Virus record (IMG/VR): IMGVR_UViG_3300037515_000251
Coordinates: 7,926-71,925 of that record
Length of the DNA: 64,000 bases
Origin: a virus
Direction: 5' to 3' (one strand)
Shown: in pieces, positions 18,604-28,568 of the stretch
How positions within the stretch are numbered: position 1 is the stretch's first letter
Layout of the letters: every line of letters starts with the position of its first letter
The notes under the pieces: generated by a model
Databases searched by the model: none
Told to the model about the DNA's origin: nothing
What the model saw: the letters and a program-made list of their open reading frames with translations, nothing else
Made by a program: the position numbers and the translations under genes

Positions 18604-19026
18604 TCACGCGCCATGGGGTTCCCCCTTCAGCTTGCGGAGGGCGTCGCGGGCAGCCTCGAACGCAGAAAGCCCATCAGGTCCGACCAGGGGCCATCCTTCC
18701 AATTCGTTCCGAAAGAACTCTAGCTTCAGCGCCGCCTCCACCACGCGCTTCTCGGCGGCACCAACTTCCCTGTCCTTGGCTGCTCTGGCGTCTTGGGCGG
18801 CCCACTTTTCGCGCTTGGCGGCGTCCCGTTTGTCCCGCTTGGCCTTCACGGTCGGGGGATGGTGGAGTCCGCAGTACCACTTGCCCTTGTGCTGGAGGCT
18901 GGCATTATAGGCGCAGCGTTGATTGCCGAATCTGGAACTCCAGGCTTTGTGCTCGCACGTATGCTTCTCGCTCATGCCCCCTGCCCCTCCACCTTCGCCC
19001 GCAACTGCCCGTAGGGACAGCGGCAA
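18604..19026 (-). CDS. hypothetical Cys/His-rich protein
   Basis: 140-aa ORF; start uncertain. Confidence 0.3.
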   Translation of the reverse strand: MPLSLRAVAGEGGGAGGMSEKHTCEHKAWSSRFGNQRCAYNASLQHKGKWYCGLHHPPTVKAKRDKRDAAKREKWAAQDARAAKDREVGAAEKRVVEAALKLEFFRNELEGWPLVGPDGLSAFEAARDALRKLKGEPHGA

Positions 19027-19508
19027 TGGACAAGAGCCATGTACTCACGCACCCTGCCAGTCTCCACGTTGCGCTGGTGGAACTTCTTCGGCTCGCGCCC
19101 CAGTCCGTCGCAGAACTCGCAGTTCTCGGCCTCCCGGCGTAGCACGGCGAGCCGCGTCATGTCGCTTGCCGACCAAGCCTTTTCATCGGCAGCGGTGCGG
19201 ATGTCGAACTCGGTTGGGGTCCACTCCCCGGACGTGGCGAAGTGCTCGACGCAGGCTGCGATTGCCTCGGCATTGGTGCAGTAGCGTAGCACGGCATCGA
19301 TCAGCGTCTTGCGGATGGCGGGATCAGTGGGCCAGTTCTTGAGAGTAGCCCAACGGGTAATCCCATTGATCGCTTCCTGTTCGGCGGGACTGAGTTTGCG
19401 CTTCTCAGGCGCCGAGGCTTTGGATGTACTCGGCGATCCCGTCCGTCTTGCTTGGTTTGGCTTGGCGGCGCTGCTGTTCAGTAGTGAAGAAACACTCGAT
19501 AATGGCAT
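18972..19508 (-). CDS. hypothetical protein
   Basis: 178-aa ORF with CxxC…CxC cluster. Confidence 0.3.
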   Translation of the reverse strand: MPLSSVSSLLNSSAAKPNQARRTGSPSTSKASAPEKRKLSPAEQEAINGITRWATLKNWPTDPAIRKTLIDAVLRYCTNAEAIAACVEHFATSGEWTPTEFDIRTAADEKAWSASDMTRLAVLRREAENCEFCDGLGREPKKFHQRNVETGRVREYMALVHCRCPYGQLRAKVEGQGA

Positions 19509-20510
19509 CGGCTGAAACTCCTTTCATGTGATCGGCGGCATGTTTTTCGAACGTCCCAATCAACCTCGTCTCGAAACCTGGCTTGTCTTGCAGGTACATC
19601 GCTTCGAGCAGCGCGATCTTCCAGGCTGGCAGGTGAAGATCAACCCACTGCACAACACCGTTTCCGGGCGGCAATGCGCGTAAACGGCAGGCATTCACCA
19701 CCGAGATGATGACCCCGGCTTGCGGGCGCGGATCCAGCTTCGTGTCAGTTTGGCACCGATTGGGCCGGGAGAACGCCTCGGATGGCTGGCGCGATCTGGT
19801 AACCCCGCCATTCGGCCGACGCGGACGCCCTGGGACCCCGACCAGGGCCAGCACGTCGTCGGTCACATTCCCGCCGTCCCCGGAGCGCTCGTCGAGTAGC
19901 GCCGCGATCCGCTCCCGCAACTCCGGCGAATCAGCCTCGGTGAGCAGCCGCCGCTTCGACCCCGTGGTGATCCGTAGCGACAGCCCCAGGCTCCGCGCTT
20001 CGTCCGCCGCCCACTTGTCGATGGGGCGCTCCATTTCCGCGGAGTTCTGTTTTGGTAAGGGGGTAGGGGGATTATCTCTTTCTTTAGTATTTTCTTTAAG
20101 AGAAGAATCTATAAGGACGGGATCGGGGTTGACCGTCGCATGGGTGCGACTGTCACCGTCGCATGGGTGCGACTGTCGAGCGGAATCGACCGTCGCATGG
20201 GTGCGACTGTCGAACAGGATCGAGTAGCTGACTGGGAAGCCTCCGCCGTTCGGACTTTTGGCGATCAAGCCGCGCTCAATGAGTGAGTTTACTGCTCGGT
20301 GAAAGGTGGCGACGTTGATCTGCGACCACCCACAAATCGTGTCCCTGTCAACCGTGACGACTTGACGCTGGAACCCGATCGTGAGCCGGTAGATCGACAG
20401 GTAGACCTTCATCTCCGAGGACGATAAATCGCCCATGATCTGCTCGATGAAGTCGTGATTGAGTTGGCTGAAGTTGCCTGAAGGCGGCCGGTTCGGCCTG
20501 GATTTCATGG
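19405..20510 (-). CDS. replication-initiator-like protein (winged-helix N-terminus) with origin-like iterons inside its coding sequence
   Basis: probable start MKSRPNRPP at ~20510 (GAGG upstream); N-terminal MKVYLSIYRLTIGFQ…INVATFHRAVNSLIERGLI helix-turn-helix-like; ORF reads through palindromic motif at 19742 without a stop, so 3' boundary uncertain. Confidence 0.4.
19742..19756. repeat. genome-wide palindrome copy (GTGTCAGTTTGGCAC)
   Basis: inside/at 3' end of initiator-like ORF. Confidence 0.9.
20132..20211. repeat. three 23-bp direct repeats (accgtcgcatgggtgcgactgtc; iteron-like) next to an AT-rich patch (20075-20115): candidate origin of replication
   Basis: copies at 20132-20154, 20155-20177, 20189-20211; flanking ttatctctttctttagtattttctttaagagaagaatctataagg is strongly AT-rich for this genome. 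Confidence 0.6.
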
Positions 20511-20745
20511 CGTGCCTCGCTTTACGGAAGTGTTCTGTCGCCGGTACCCGCGGCAGACAGAGAACAGTGTACGCCAAGACGAGCGAGAACCGCAAGCCTA
20601 AAAGGGTGCGGCCCGGACTTGTGGGTACGCCGGGCCGCTGCGAACTTCCAGTAAAGGAGGTTGTTTTTGTCGGTTTGTGTCCTGAGTATAGCACGGCAGT
20701 CAAGGAAAAGTCCCGGCCCGGAGGAGAGACGGGCCGGGCACCGCA

Positions 20746-22629
20746 TCAGGCGGCGGGAGATACCGCTTTCACCGCCCCATCGGACAAAAAGAAAACCTTG
20801 GCCCCGTGGTTCAGCCAGCCATCGGGAACGTCAGCGACCACGCACTCGATCACCTGATGCCCGCTGGCCTGCAATTGGCACGAGATGTCGTAACGGAACG
20901 CATCCGTCATCGGCGCCAGATCGTCCACGGCCACGATGCCCACGCCGGTCACGGTCGCCACGGCAACCTTGAACGCGGCCTCGAACATCATTGCCTTCTG
21001 GCCGTCAGAGAGCAAGTCGGCTCCCCGGCCCGTGCAGACGAATCCGCCATCGAAGGTATACTCGACACCCTCAATCCCGAACGGCTCCAGGAACCCAGCC
21101 ATGATGCCCAGGAATTGCTCCAGCCGCCCGCCGACCATGGACTTGCGGAGTGCGAGCAGGTCGTCTACGATCTTGCGTTCCCGGTCGATTGCGGCGGCTT
21201 TGGCGGCCACGTTGTCGCGCCACTTGCGAACCGCTTCCGCCTTGGCTTGCCACTCCCGGTATCCCTCGACGGCCGTGGTGTGGGTGTCGCGCAACTGCTG
21301 GCACTTCTCGATGTCGGAGCTGATCTTGTCGCGCCGCGCGCGGGCTTCGTCCAGCGAGTTGCGGGCAGTGTCGGCTTCGGTGTGGATCGCGGCCAGCCGG
21401 TTGGCTTCGGTGTTCAGTTCACGCAGCTCACCGGACTTCAGTTCGAGGGTTTGCCGGGCCTTGATGGCAACCGCAAGGGATTCTTGGTGCTTGGCCGTCT
21501 TGAGGGCGAGGCTGTTTCGGTCAGTGGTGATCTCATCGCACTCGGATGTGAGTTGCGCCTGCTGTGATTCCAAGCCCAATATCTCGGTATCGGCCTGCTC
21601 AACGAGACGTTCGATGAGCGGACAAGCATCGGCTGGACACTTAATCTTCGGCCGCTCGGAGAGCTCGGCCATGCGCTGACAGATGGAGCGCAAGAGAGCC
21701 TGCTTGGCTTCGTATTTACCGCCAGATTCGCCGAGTAGGTTCATCCCGGTTTGGATTGCCCCGGAAATCTTTGCCTCCGTCTCCCGCGCAGCCTTCAGGT
21801 TCTCGGCGTTCTCGATGATCGCCTTCGTCAACGCCTCGGATTGTTCCGCCGTGGGCCGCGGCCCCGCCTGCTCCGCGCGCCGAATCCGTTCCTCGAACAT
21901 GCCGATGGCGGACGATACGGTTTGCAGTTCCTTGGTCAACGCGACGAACTTGGCATTTAGGCCGTCGAGCAGCTTCAGCCTCGCGTCAAGGTTCACGCCC
22001 TCCGGCTCTTCGCCAGGCTCTTCGGGCGGATGATCGTCGAGAGACTTGGCCTCGCGGTTGAGATCGCGCAGCGTGACCTCTTTGTGGTCCTTCAGCAGCG
22101 ATTCGATGTGCTCGATACCGGAGATCGTCGGAATTCCGGCGTCCAGCAGCGATTGCGGCACGGTGATCTTCGCCGGCCGCAGCACCCGCAGCAGCGCCGC
22201 CCGCTGGTCCTCGATGGGGCGCTCCAGCACGGGGATCGGGTCGAACATCGCCCAGATCGTTTCCGCTGGCAGTTGCAGAGCGTCGAGCAGGCGGGTCTCG
22301 TTGTCGCTCACCTTGTCGCCATCGGCCCATGAGAGCGTGAGCTTGTGCTTCTTGGCGCTCCGCGTGCGCTGGACGGTGCCGTGGGGGTCGAGCGTGAGGC
22401 TGATGGACGATTCGGCGGCGCCGGTGCGGATCAGGCGCTCGAATCCGCGGCCCCGCTTGTCGGTGAGATGGCAGGTTCCGGTGAGGGCGAGCGAGATGGC
22501 CCGCAGTACCGTGGACTTGCCGGAGCCGTTCGTCCCGACGATCAGATTGTGGCCGGGCGAGAACGCGAAGGTGACATCGGCGTGAGGGCCGATGTTCTGA
22601 ATGGTTAGGCGGGTGATTCTGAGTGGCAT
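20746..22629 (-). CDS. SbcC/Rad50-like SMC ATPase
   Basis: Walker A GTNGSGKST, long coiled-coil, CPADACP zinc-hook-like, signature LSDGQKAMM, Walker B IVAVDDL. Confidence 0.7.
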   Translation of the reverse strand: MPLRITRLTIQNIGPHADVTFAFSPGHNLIVGTNGSGKSTVLRAISLALTGTCHLTDKRGRGFERLIRTGAAESSISLTLDPHGTVQRTRSAKKHKLTLSWADGDKVSDNETRLLDALQLPAETIWAMFDPIPVLERPIEDQRAALLRVLRPAKITVPQSLLDAGIPTISGIEHIESLLKDHKEVTLRDLNREAKSLDDHPPEEPGEEPEGVNLDARLKLLDGLNAKFVALTKELQTVSSAIGMFEERIRRAEQAGPRPTAEQSEALTKAIIENAENLKAARETEAKISGAIQTGMNLLGESGGKYEAKQALLRSICQRMAELSERPKIKCPADACPLIERLVEQADTEILGLESQQAQLTSECDEITTDRNSLALKTAKHQESLAVAIKARQTLELKSGELRELNTEANRLAAIHTEADTARNSLDEARARRDKISSDIEKCQQLRDTHTTAVEGYREWQAKAEAVRKWRDNVAAKAAAIDRERKIVDDLLALRKSMVGGRLEQFLGIMAGFLEPFGIEGVEYTFDGGFVCTGRGADLLSDGQKAMMFEAAFKVAVATVTGVGIVAVDDLAPMTDAFRYDISCQLQASGHQVIECVVADVPDGWLNHGAKVFFLSDGAVKAVSPAA

Positions 22630-22952
22630 GAGGTCTCCTGCGGTTCGTAGTAGAGTTCGTTCGGCACCTTGATTTCGCAGCGCGTGGGCTTGTAGGCGTC
22701 CACCACGAGGGTCTTGCCGCGAAGTTTCATGGCGTAGTTCTGGATTGCTTCGTTGGGCGTGTGGCCATCGCCATACGCGCCACTCAGGAATGGACCTTCC
22801 TTTATCTCAGTGCCAGCGAACGAGGCGTGGTATCGCGAGGCTGGCGAGCACGGCATGGACCGCTCATCGACCACCAACTCCAAGCCGTGCTTGTCGGCGA
22901 ATTCCTGCAAGGAATCCGGCCCATCGCCGAAACGGTTGATGGTGACTTTCAT
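22605..22952 (-). CDS. hypothetical protein
   Basis: 115-aa ORF. Confidence 0.35.
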   Translation of the reverse strand: MKVTINRFGDGPDSLQEFADKHGLELVVDERSMPCSPASRYHASFAGTEIKEGPFLSGAYGDGHTPNEAIQNYAMKLRGKTLVVDAYKPTRCEIKVPNELYYEPQETSCHSESPA

Positions 22953-23182
22953 TTCCCGCCTCCCTCTTCCGGCTCCACCGCCTCGTAGCGGTAGCTGCCC
23001 TTGATCGACTGATTGAACTGACGGCCCGTGCTTGGGGCCAGGATGAGCTCCGCGTAAACGTCGGCGGGAACCTCGAAATACTGGTAGACCTTGCCGGTCT
23101 TGAACTCGATCTCCAGGATTCTCTTATCGGGGTCGTAGCCGACCGATGCGATCTGCGACGATTTCACTTCTGCTCGTTCCAT
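22949..23182 (-). CDS. KTSC-domain protein
   Basis: IASVGYDPDKRILEIEFKTGKVYQYFEVPADVYAELILAPSTGRQFNQSIKGSYRY fits KTSC domain pattern. Confidence 0.5.
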   Translation of the reverse strand: MERAEVKSSQIASVGYDPDKRILEIEFKTGKVYQYFEVPADVYAELILAPSTGRQFNQSIKGSYRYEAVEPEEGGGK

Positions 23183-23191
23183 GGGTTACTC

Positions 23192-23479
23192 CTATTGGAT
23201 AACACTTCGTTCTGAGTGATGCTGGCTGCTTAGCCGCAGACCTATTTCGTATCCGACATGAAGCGCCGTCAGAACCAACGCCTCAACTTCGCCCATCTTG
23301 CCTTTATATGGACGGGACACAGTAATACCCATCATTCGCCTGTCCCATTCACGTCCAAACGCTGATCGGGCTACGGCTTCAATAACATCCCCGGCATGCT
23401 TGGGAATGGCATCGCCAACTTCTTTGAGTGTTAGGTCAGCGTAGGTCTCGGAAACAATTTTGTCGAGATTATCTTTCAT
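23192..23479 (-). CDS. hypothetical protein
   Basis: 95-aa ORF. Confidence 0.35.
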   Translation of the reverse strand: MKDNLDKIVSETYADLTLKEVGDAIPKHAGDVIEAVARSAFGREWDRRMMGITVSRPYKGKMGEVEALVLTALHVGYEIGLRLSSQHHSERSVIQ

Positions 23480-23982
23480 TATGTCCCCTCAATGCCAAGG
23501 CCAGGCGTATAGACTAGCAGCGTGGTCCGGCCTGGATACCACCATGACGGGAAGCACAGATCATTCCCAAGCTGGTAGCCAATTCGGTATCGGAAACAGA
23601 GTTCCTCGGCGAGGTCGGTGACATGCGGCCAGTCGTATAAATGCACTGCAATAGCTGCTGGATGATACGGGCGCTGCCGCTCGCGGAAGTAAAATGGATG
23701 ATCCAAGACACTTGCGTGGCTGCCAAAAACTTCAAAGGTTTCGGTGTTGCGTTGTTGATTAGAACGCCGCCCAAGCTGTCCTGGATGAATCCATGTTCTT
23801 GTCAACTTCCAGTTATAGCGACTACCGAATTCAGTCGCCAAGAGTTTCTGTAGTATTGCGACTTCATGCTGTAGAATCTTGATGCGGGAGTGATGTCCTT
23901 TAGTGTTTGCCATCAATTCCGCGATCACCCTATCCGAGTCCATCATCTTCTCCACGATTTCGTGAACTTGATTGTCGGTCAT
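23479..23982 (-). CDS. hypothetical protein
   Basis: 167-aa ORF; motif + GGAGG SD upstream. Confidence 0.4.
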   Translation of the reverse strand: MTDNQVHEIVEKMMDSDRVIAELMANTKGHHSRIKILQHEVAILQKLLATEFGSRYNWKLTRTWIHPGQLGRRSNQQRNTETFEVFGSHASVLDHPFYFRERQRPYHPAAIAVHLYDWPHVTDLAEELCFRYRIGYQLGNDLCFPSWWYPGRTTLLVYTPGLGIEGT

Positions 23983-24000
23983 TTCTCGGCCTCCGGCTCC

Positions 24001-24015
24001 GTGTCAAACTGACAC
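24001..24015. repeat. genome-wide palindrome copy
   Basis: 19 nt upstream of minus-strand ATG at 23982. Confidence 0.9.
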
Positions 24016-25050
24016 GGGAAAACGTTTCATCGCGATGAGGTCCATTAGCAGTTCCTCGGCTACCTCGCGGCTCGGCTCCAGCGGCAGCATAGAACGGTCC
24101 CGAGCGGCCTTCGCCTCCGCGAACAATTCCTCGGCGCATTCTTTCACTGTCTCGATGGACCACTCCCCGCGCTTGATGGCGAGAAGTTCATCGGCATCCC
24201 GCTCGCGGTAGACGTTGAGCGTGCCCGAGTCGAGAAACTCCCGGCACATCCTCAGCAGCCGAATGCAATGAGCGGCGTGCTTGGTGTCGTATCCGCGCTC
24301 CAGGATCAGGCGCTTGCGCTTCTCACCCAGGTAGCCGAGATTCGAGTTCTTGGAATGAAACGCCTTCAACTTATCGCGGAGATGCTGATCTTCGTGGAAC
24401 GCGAAAATGGTGGTTTCCTCAACCGGGAACTTCTCGCCGCGATGCTGCGGATGAATCCCGCGTTGCTTCATCTCGGCAACGAGTTCAAGGTAGTCCTGCA
24501 ATGTCGCCCGGTCGAGGCATTCCATCCGTTCCAACTGCCCCGCCGCGTATCCGGCGAACGGCTTGTAGACATGGCGACCGATGAACAGCGCGCGATTCGC
24601 TATGAGCAAATTGCTGAGTGGGGAAGCGACAATCCGGTGTTCGGGCCTTGTCCACAGTGAGCTCATGATGTTGGGATTCCCGGCCAGCAGCAGCGAGAAA
24701 GCCTTGCGGAGTTCGTAGAACAACAGGTCGAACTTGCCCTGCTTGGTTTCCTTGGTGCCGCGAGAACCCCATTCGGTGAGGCCGATGTAGTGCGCTTTCG
24801 GGGCCACGGCAAACCCGATCACGTCCACGTCGTCCACCGAATGCGGATCGCTCTCGGGCAGATACATGCCGTGCGCCACTGAGCCTCGAAAGGCCGCGAA
24901 GATCACATCGTCCGGCAGGATTGCGCTGAACCCGTCCATGTGTGGGATAAACGCTCGGGTGCTGGCCCCGAGTCCAGGACTCGAACCTGGATTCTCCGGT
25001 CCACAGCCGGGTGTCTTAACCTGTTGAGACGAACTCGGGATTTCATTCAT
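24004..25050 (-). CDS. pol-beta superfamily nucleotidyltransferase (GS-x9-DxD) with helical C-terminal domain
   Basis: FRGSVAHGMYLPESDPHSVDDVDVIGF minimal NTase motif; palindromic motif + GGAGA SD 11 nt upstream of ATG at 25050. Confidence 0.55.
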   Translation of the reverse strand: MNEIPSSSQQVKTPGCGPENPGSSPGLGASTRAFIPHMDGFSAILPDDVIFAAFRGSVAHGMYLPESDPHSVDDVDVIGFAVAPKAHYIGLTEWGSRGTKETKQGKFDLLFYELRKAFSLLLAGNPNIMSSLWTRPEHRIVASPLSNLLIANRALFIGRHVYKPFAGYAAGQLERMECLDRATLQDYLELVAEMKQRGIHPQHRGEKFPVEETTIFAFHEDQHLRDKLKAFHSKNSNLGYLGEKRKRLILERGYDTKHAAHCIRLLRMCREFLDSGTLNVYRERDADELLAIKRGEWSIETVKECAEELFAEAKAARDRSMLPLEPSREVAEELLMDLIAMKRFPVSV

Positions 25051-25061
25051 GGTTTATCTCC

Positions 25062-25076
25062 GTGTCAAACTGACAC
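25062..25076. repeat. genome-wide palindrome copy
   Basis: 11 nt upstream of NTase ATG (25050), SD GGAGA between. Confidence 0.9.
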
Positions 25077-25078
25077 TG

Positions 25079-26305
25079 CTAAAACGGCGGTTCCTCTTCA
25101 AACTCTTCCGGCGGCTCGTCCCCCGGCTCCCGGCCCAGGAACCGCTCCGTCTCGGCTACCGGGTCCATGGCGTCCACGAACTCATCGGCGCTCTCGGCTT
25201 TCCCGCCCTGCGTGGCGACCGCCTTGCTCGCCGCGCCGTAGTCGTCGGGGTTGACGCCTTGGACGACATCGACCCAAGGATTAGCGGCCCGGACATGATC
25301 GGGGATTGGGGCGGAGTTGGCCTGCGGCGCCGGCGCGGGAGCCTGCGGCTTCGTGGCGGGCTGAGCGGGTGGCTCTGGTTCTGGTTCCGGCTTTGGAGCG
25401 CCCGCCATCTTGCGGGCCGTGGACTTCGCCTTGGCCGCGTCCCGGTTTTTCTTGTAGACTTCCAGCCACGGGTCCAGAATCTCGTTCACGGCTTTCTTTC
25501 GGCCCGCTTCGTCGAGTGAATCCCACTTGGCCGACAACTCGGCGATGTGTTTATTGGCGACCGCCTGCTCCACGTTGACCTTGTGGGAGGCGTCCCGAAT
25601 AGACTGCATGATCTCGGCGGGCACATTCGATTCCGGGGCGGTGAGCACCGCCGTCGCCATGCGCTGCTGGAGGACTTCGGGCGGCGCATCGTTGTCCATC
25701 TGGTGCAACTCTTCGGCGATGTAGAGGCCGCGCAGGTTGCGCGGGAATGCGCGGCGCAATCCGCCTGCTTCAGCGCATTTGGCGATCTGTCCCTCCGGCA
25801 TTGTGTTCCAGAGACCGGCAGGTTCGCGCCGGTTCGTCTGCCTATTGAAATACGATTGGCAATAACTCGAAAATTTAACGGTATGAACCAGTGGTTCGGT
25901 GAACCCGTGACGCAGGATTTCAATTTTGGCGGCGGCGGGAGCCTCGTCTTGAAGCCACACGTCTTTCCAGACGCCATCTTTGCCGCACCAGAACGGCCCG
26001 CGCTGGCCCGCGTACTGGCCCGTGCTTTCGGCCTGTGTGCGTAGGCCGTCAATGCCAACTTGGATTGTCGGAACATCCCGCTGCTCCTTGGCGCTGAACC
26101 GTTTGACAAGATGGATTTCCCGCCGGAAGGGATCGAACCCAGTGGCCTTGCAGACCGCCAGGAAATAGTCCAGTTCTTCATCGGTCGCACCCTTGGCGAT
26201 GGTGTCCTTGATGACCTGAACCTGCTTCGGGGTAAAGCTGAGTTCGACTGGCTTGGATACGGCTTGCGGCTGGATCACCGCGACTGCTTTCGTTTCTTTG
26301 CTCAT
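25079..26305 (-). CDS. recT: RecT-family single-strand annealing recombinase
   Basis: FLAVCKATGFDPFRREIHLV…IQVGIDGLRTQAESTGQYAG core typical of RecT/Bet; acidic proline-rich C-terminal tail. Confidence 0.65.
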   Translation of the reverse strand: MSKETKAVAVIQPQAVSKPVELSFTPKQVQVIKDTIAKGATDEELDYFLAVCKATGFDPFRREIHLVKRFSAKEQRDVPTIQVGIDGLRTQAESTGQYAGQRGPFWCGKDGVWKDVWLQDEAPAAAKIEILRHGFTEPLVHTVKFSSYCQSYFNRQTNRREPAGLWNTMPEGQIAKCAEAGGLRRAFPRNLRGLYIAEELHQMDNDAPPEVLQQRMATAVLTAPESNVPAEIMQSIRDASHKVNVEQAVANKHIAELSAKWDSLDEAGRKKAVNEILDPWLEVYKKNRDAAKAKSTARKMAGAPKPEPEPEPPAQPATKPQAPAPAPQANSAPIPDHVRAANPWVDVVQGVNPDDYGAASKAVATQGGKAESADEFVDAMDPVAETERFLGREPGDEPPEEFEEEPPF

Positions 26306-26315
26306 AAATGGTCCG

Positions 26316-26735
26316 TCAAACCTCGTCTTCGATGCTTTCTTTCGGTGACTCTGGCAAGGTTTCCAGATAGGCTATTGTTTGGTTAATATAATCACGCAAG
26401 TCTCGCAGATGCCTAACAACATGTCCCGACACATTTGCTGATGATGGATGTCTTCCGTAGGGGCTATCATCGCTTGGTTCCCCGCCGAGTTCATCCCATA
26501 TCACCTGCTCAATCCCCCCTCGGAACGTGCAGCATTCGTACAACTCAACATCCTCATCCTGCCACGGATCATCCAGCCAATCGTTGTTCAGTCTGGTATA
26601 GAAGTGGATTCCTTGCGTCGGAGAACAGAGAACAGAGAGTTGAGAGTGCTTTATCCATGAAGGCCGCTCTACTTTATTCCCGTTTCCATCGTCTAGCCAG
26701 TGGGTGTCATCGAAGAGGTCTGCGTTGTCGGCCAT
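26316..26735 (-). CDS. hypothetical protein
   Basis: 139-aa ORF. Confidence 0.35.
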   Translation of the reverse strand: MADNADLFDDTHWLDDGNGNKVERPSWIKHSQLSVLCSPTQGIHFYTRLNNDWLDDPWQDEDVELYECCTFRGGIEQVIWDELGGEPSDDSPYGRHPSSANVSGHVVRHLRDLRDYINQTIAYLETLPESPKESIEDEV

Positions 26736-26747
26736 ATTGTTTTTCCC

Positions 26748-27584
26748 CTAAACCTCGATCAATCTGGTAGCGACATCCTGGCTCGACACGATCACCGCGT
26801 CGAGCCGCTTGCGGCGCCGGGCGTTCGCCTCGGCCATGATGCGCCGCACGAGCTCGGGGTCGTTGTTCTCGCCCGACAGGTGCAGGGCCACGACCGTATG
26901 CGCCGTTTCCGGCAAACTCTGGATCGCCAGCGCCGCTTGGTCGTTGTTGACATGCGTTGACCACGTCCGCTGATTCACCGTCTCGGGCCTGTCTGGGTTC
27001 TCCAAGCACGCCGTCTGATCGTGGTTCATCTCGATTCCGTACACCTGCGCCCCGAGGCCCGCCTTCCACATTTCGGCCGTGATCTTGCCAGTCTCGTTCC
27101 AGATCGCTATCTTGCGGCCGGAGTAATTCTTCAGGCAGAACGTCATCGCGCCTTCGGAGTTGTGCTCGCAGGCCAGCCCGATGCCCGTGAACAGCTTGGC
27201 ATGGTCCCGGCTGAGTGCAAATGGCTTACCGAACTCGACGGCGCGCGCATCGCCGGGGAACGGTTTCTTCTCGCCGAGCTTGTCGCGCATTGTCTTGAGC
27301 GTGGCCGCGTGGGCGTAGACGATTGCGCTGGGACAGTGTTTCCAGAACGGCAGCAGCGATTGCCAGTGATCGCCGTGGGCGTGCGAGATGAGGATCGCCT
27401 TCACATCGGCCGGGGCCATCTTGAACTGTTTGAGGTCGGCGGCGATGTTTGCCGCGGCGAGGCCGCAGTCGATCAGCACGGCCCAGGGCAGCGGCCAAGG
27501 CTGGTTGTTGGCGGCGAGCGGAGCAGGCTCCCAGATCAGGATGGCGTTGCCCTTGGAGCCGGAGCCGAGTACGCAGAGGTTCAT
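26748..27584 (-). CDS. metallo-beta-lactamase-fold hydrolase
   Basis: VLGSGSKGNA…ILISHAHGDHWQSL (HxHxDH motif). Confidence 0.6.
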   Translation of the reverse strand: MNLCVLGSGSKGNAILIWEPAPLAANNQPWPLPWAVLIDCGLAAANIAADLKQFKMAPADVKAILISHAHGDHWQSLLPFWKHCPSAIVYAHAATLKTMRDKLGEKKPFPGDARAVEFGKPFALSRDHAKLFTGIGLACEHNSEGAMTFCLKNYSGRKIAIWNETGKITAEMWKAGLGAQVYGIEMNHDQTACLENPDRPETVNQRTWSTHVNNDQAALAIQSLPETAHTVVALHLSGENNDPELVRRIMAEANARRRKRLDAVIVSSQDVATRLIEV

Positions 27585-27789
27585 TAGATGTAATCCCTGT
27601 CAACCTGCACGATGGAACGTCTGTCGCAGTGCTCAATTAAGCCGTTGGCGCGTGTATAGGCTGGTTCCCCGGCTGCAAGCCAGTCAACATCGGTGATTTC
27701 GAAAGCCGTTGTGTCGCCGAAGCCGACGGCCATGCAGGCTGTCGCGTCCAGCGGGAACGCTTGGAGTTTGTCAATCAACTGTTCAACCG

Positions 27790-28077
27790 TCATAGCTGCT
27801 CCCCAAACACAGACTTGACGAAAGCCAGCAAGCGCCCCGGCTTGACCTTGCCTTTCCTGCCGGTCATAGAATGGTGGTAATTCCGCCAAGATGGGTAGAA
27901 GTTCAGCACGCCGTTGATCTGGTAATGATACTCGGTACACTTCTTCACCGTGAAACCAGCGTCCTCCACGGCCTTGATCTCCGCCCCGACTTTGGCCAGA
28001 CGCGCATCGCGGCGCACGGCGGCTTCTTGTTTCCGCATTCGGGAGATGGCGATTACATCGTCGAGCGATTCACCCAT
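27790..28077 (-). CDS. hypothetical protein
   Basis: 95-aa ORF, ATGA overlap with downstream small ORF 27584-27793. Confidence 0.3.
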   Translation of the reverse strand: MGESLDDVIAISRMRKQEAAVRRDARLAKVGAEIKAVEDAGFTVKKCTEYHYQINGVLNFYPSWRNYHHSMTGRKGKVKPGRLLAFVKSVFGEQL

Positions 28078-28092
28078 TTGGTTGCTCCTTCG

Positions 28093-28371
28093 TCATCTCC
28101 CCAATCCCTCCAGTTCCTCGACTTCCCGAATCGCCTTGCCGAGGTGAATGCCGACGAACAAACCCCGGCAGAGCGAACGGCTAGCGAGCGCCAGCATGGG
28201 TGGAGTTTCAGGAAGCGCGGAAAATTCCGTCGTGATTTCATCGAACATTCTCGTTTTCCTCAACGCTTCCAGGAAATGCGGTATGCCAGCGAAATCGGCG
28301 GATCGCCCCGCCGGTTGATCTATCTCATCCCACACCTTGTCGATGATGGCGGCGAGTTCGGGGGCGGTCAT
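28093..28371 (-). CDS. hypothetical protein
   Basis: 92-aa ORF. Confidence 0.3.
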   Translation of the reverse strand: MTAPELAAIIDKVWDEIDQPAGRSADFAGIPHFLEALRKTRMFDEITTEFSALPETPPMLALASRSLCRGLFVGIHLGKAIREVEELEGLGR

Positions 28372-28553
28372 TCGGGATCTACCTTTGGCGCAGGTTGTGT
28401 GCTGGATGGGGAATCCACGAGTTGCCAGACACCGACTGAAATTACGACTCCGGCGTTAAACGAAACGTCCCCGCTCACGATGGTCGCGATGATAGAGCCG
28501 ACCAGCAAGGTTAGGCGGCATTTTCCTGCGATGGTCACTGGCAAATTCTCTCC

Positions 28554-28568
28554 GTGTCAAACTGACAC
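28554..28568. repeat. genome-wide palindrome copy
   Basis: upstream of small minus-strand membrane ORF. Confidence 0.9.
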
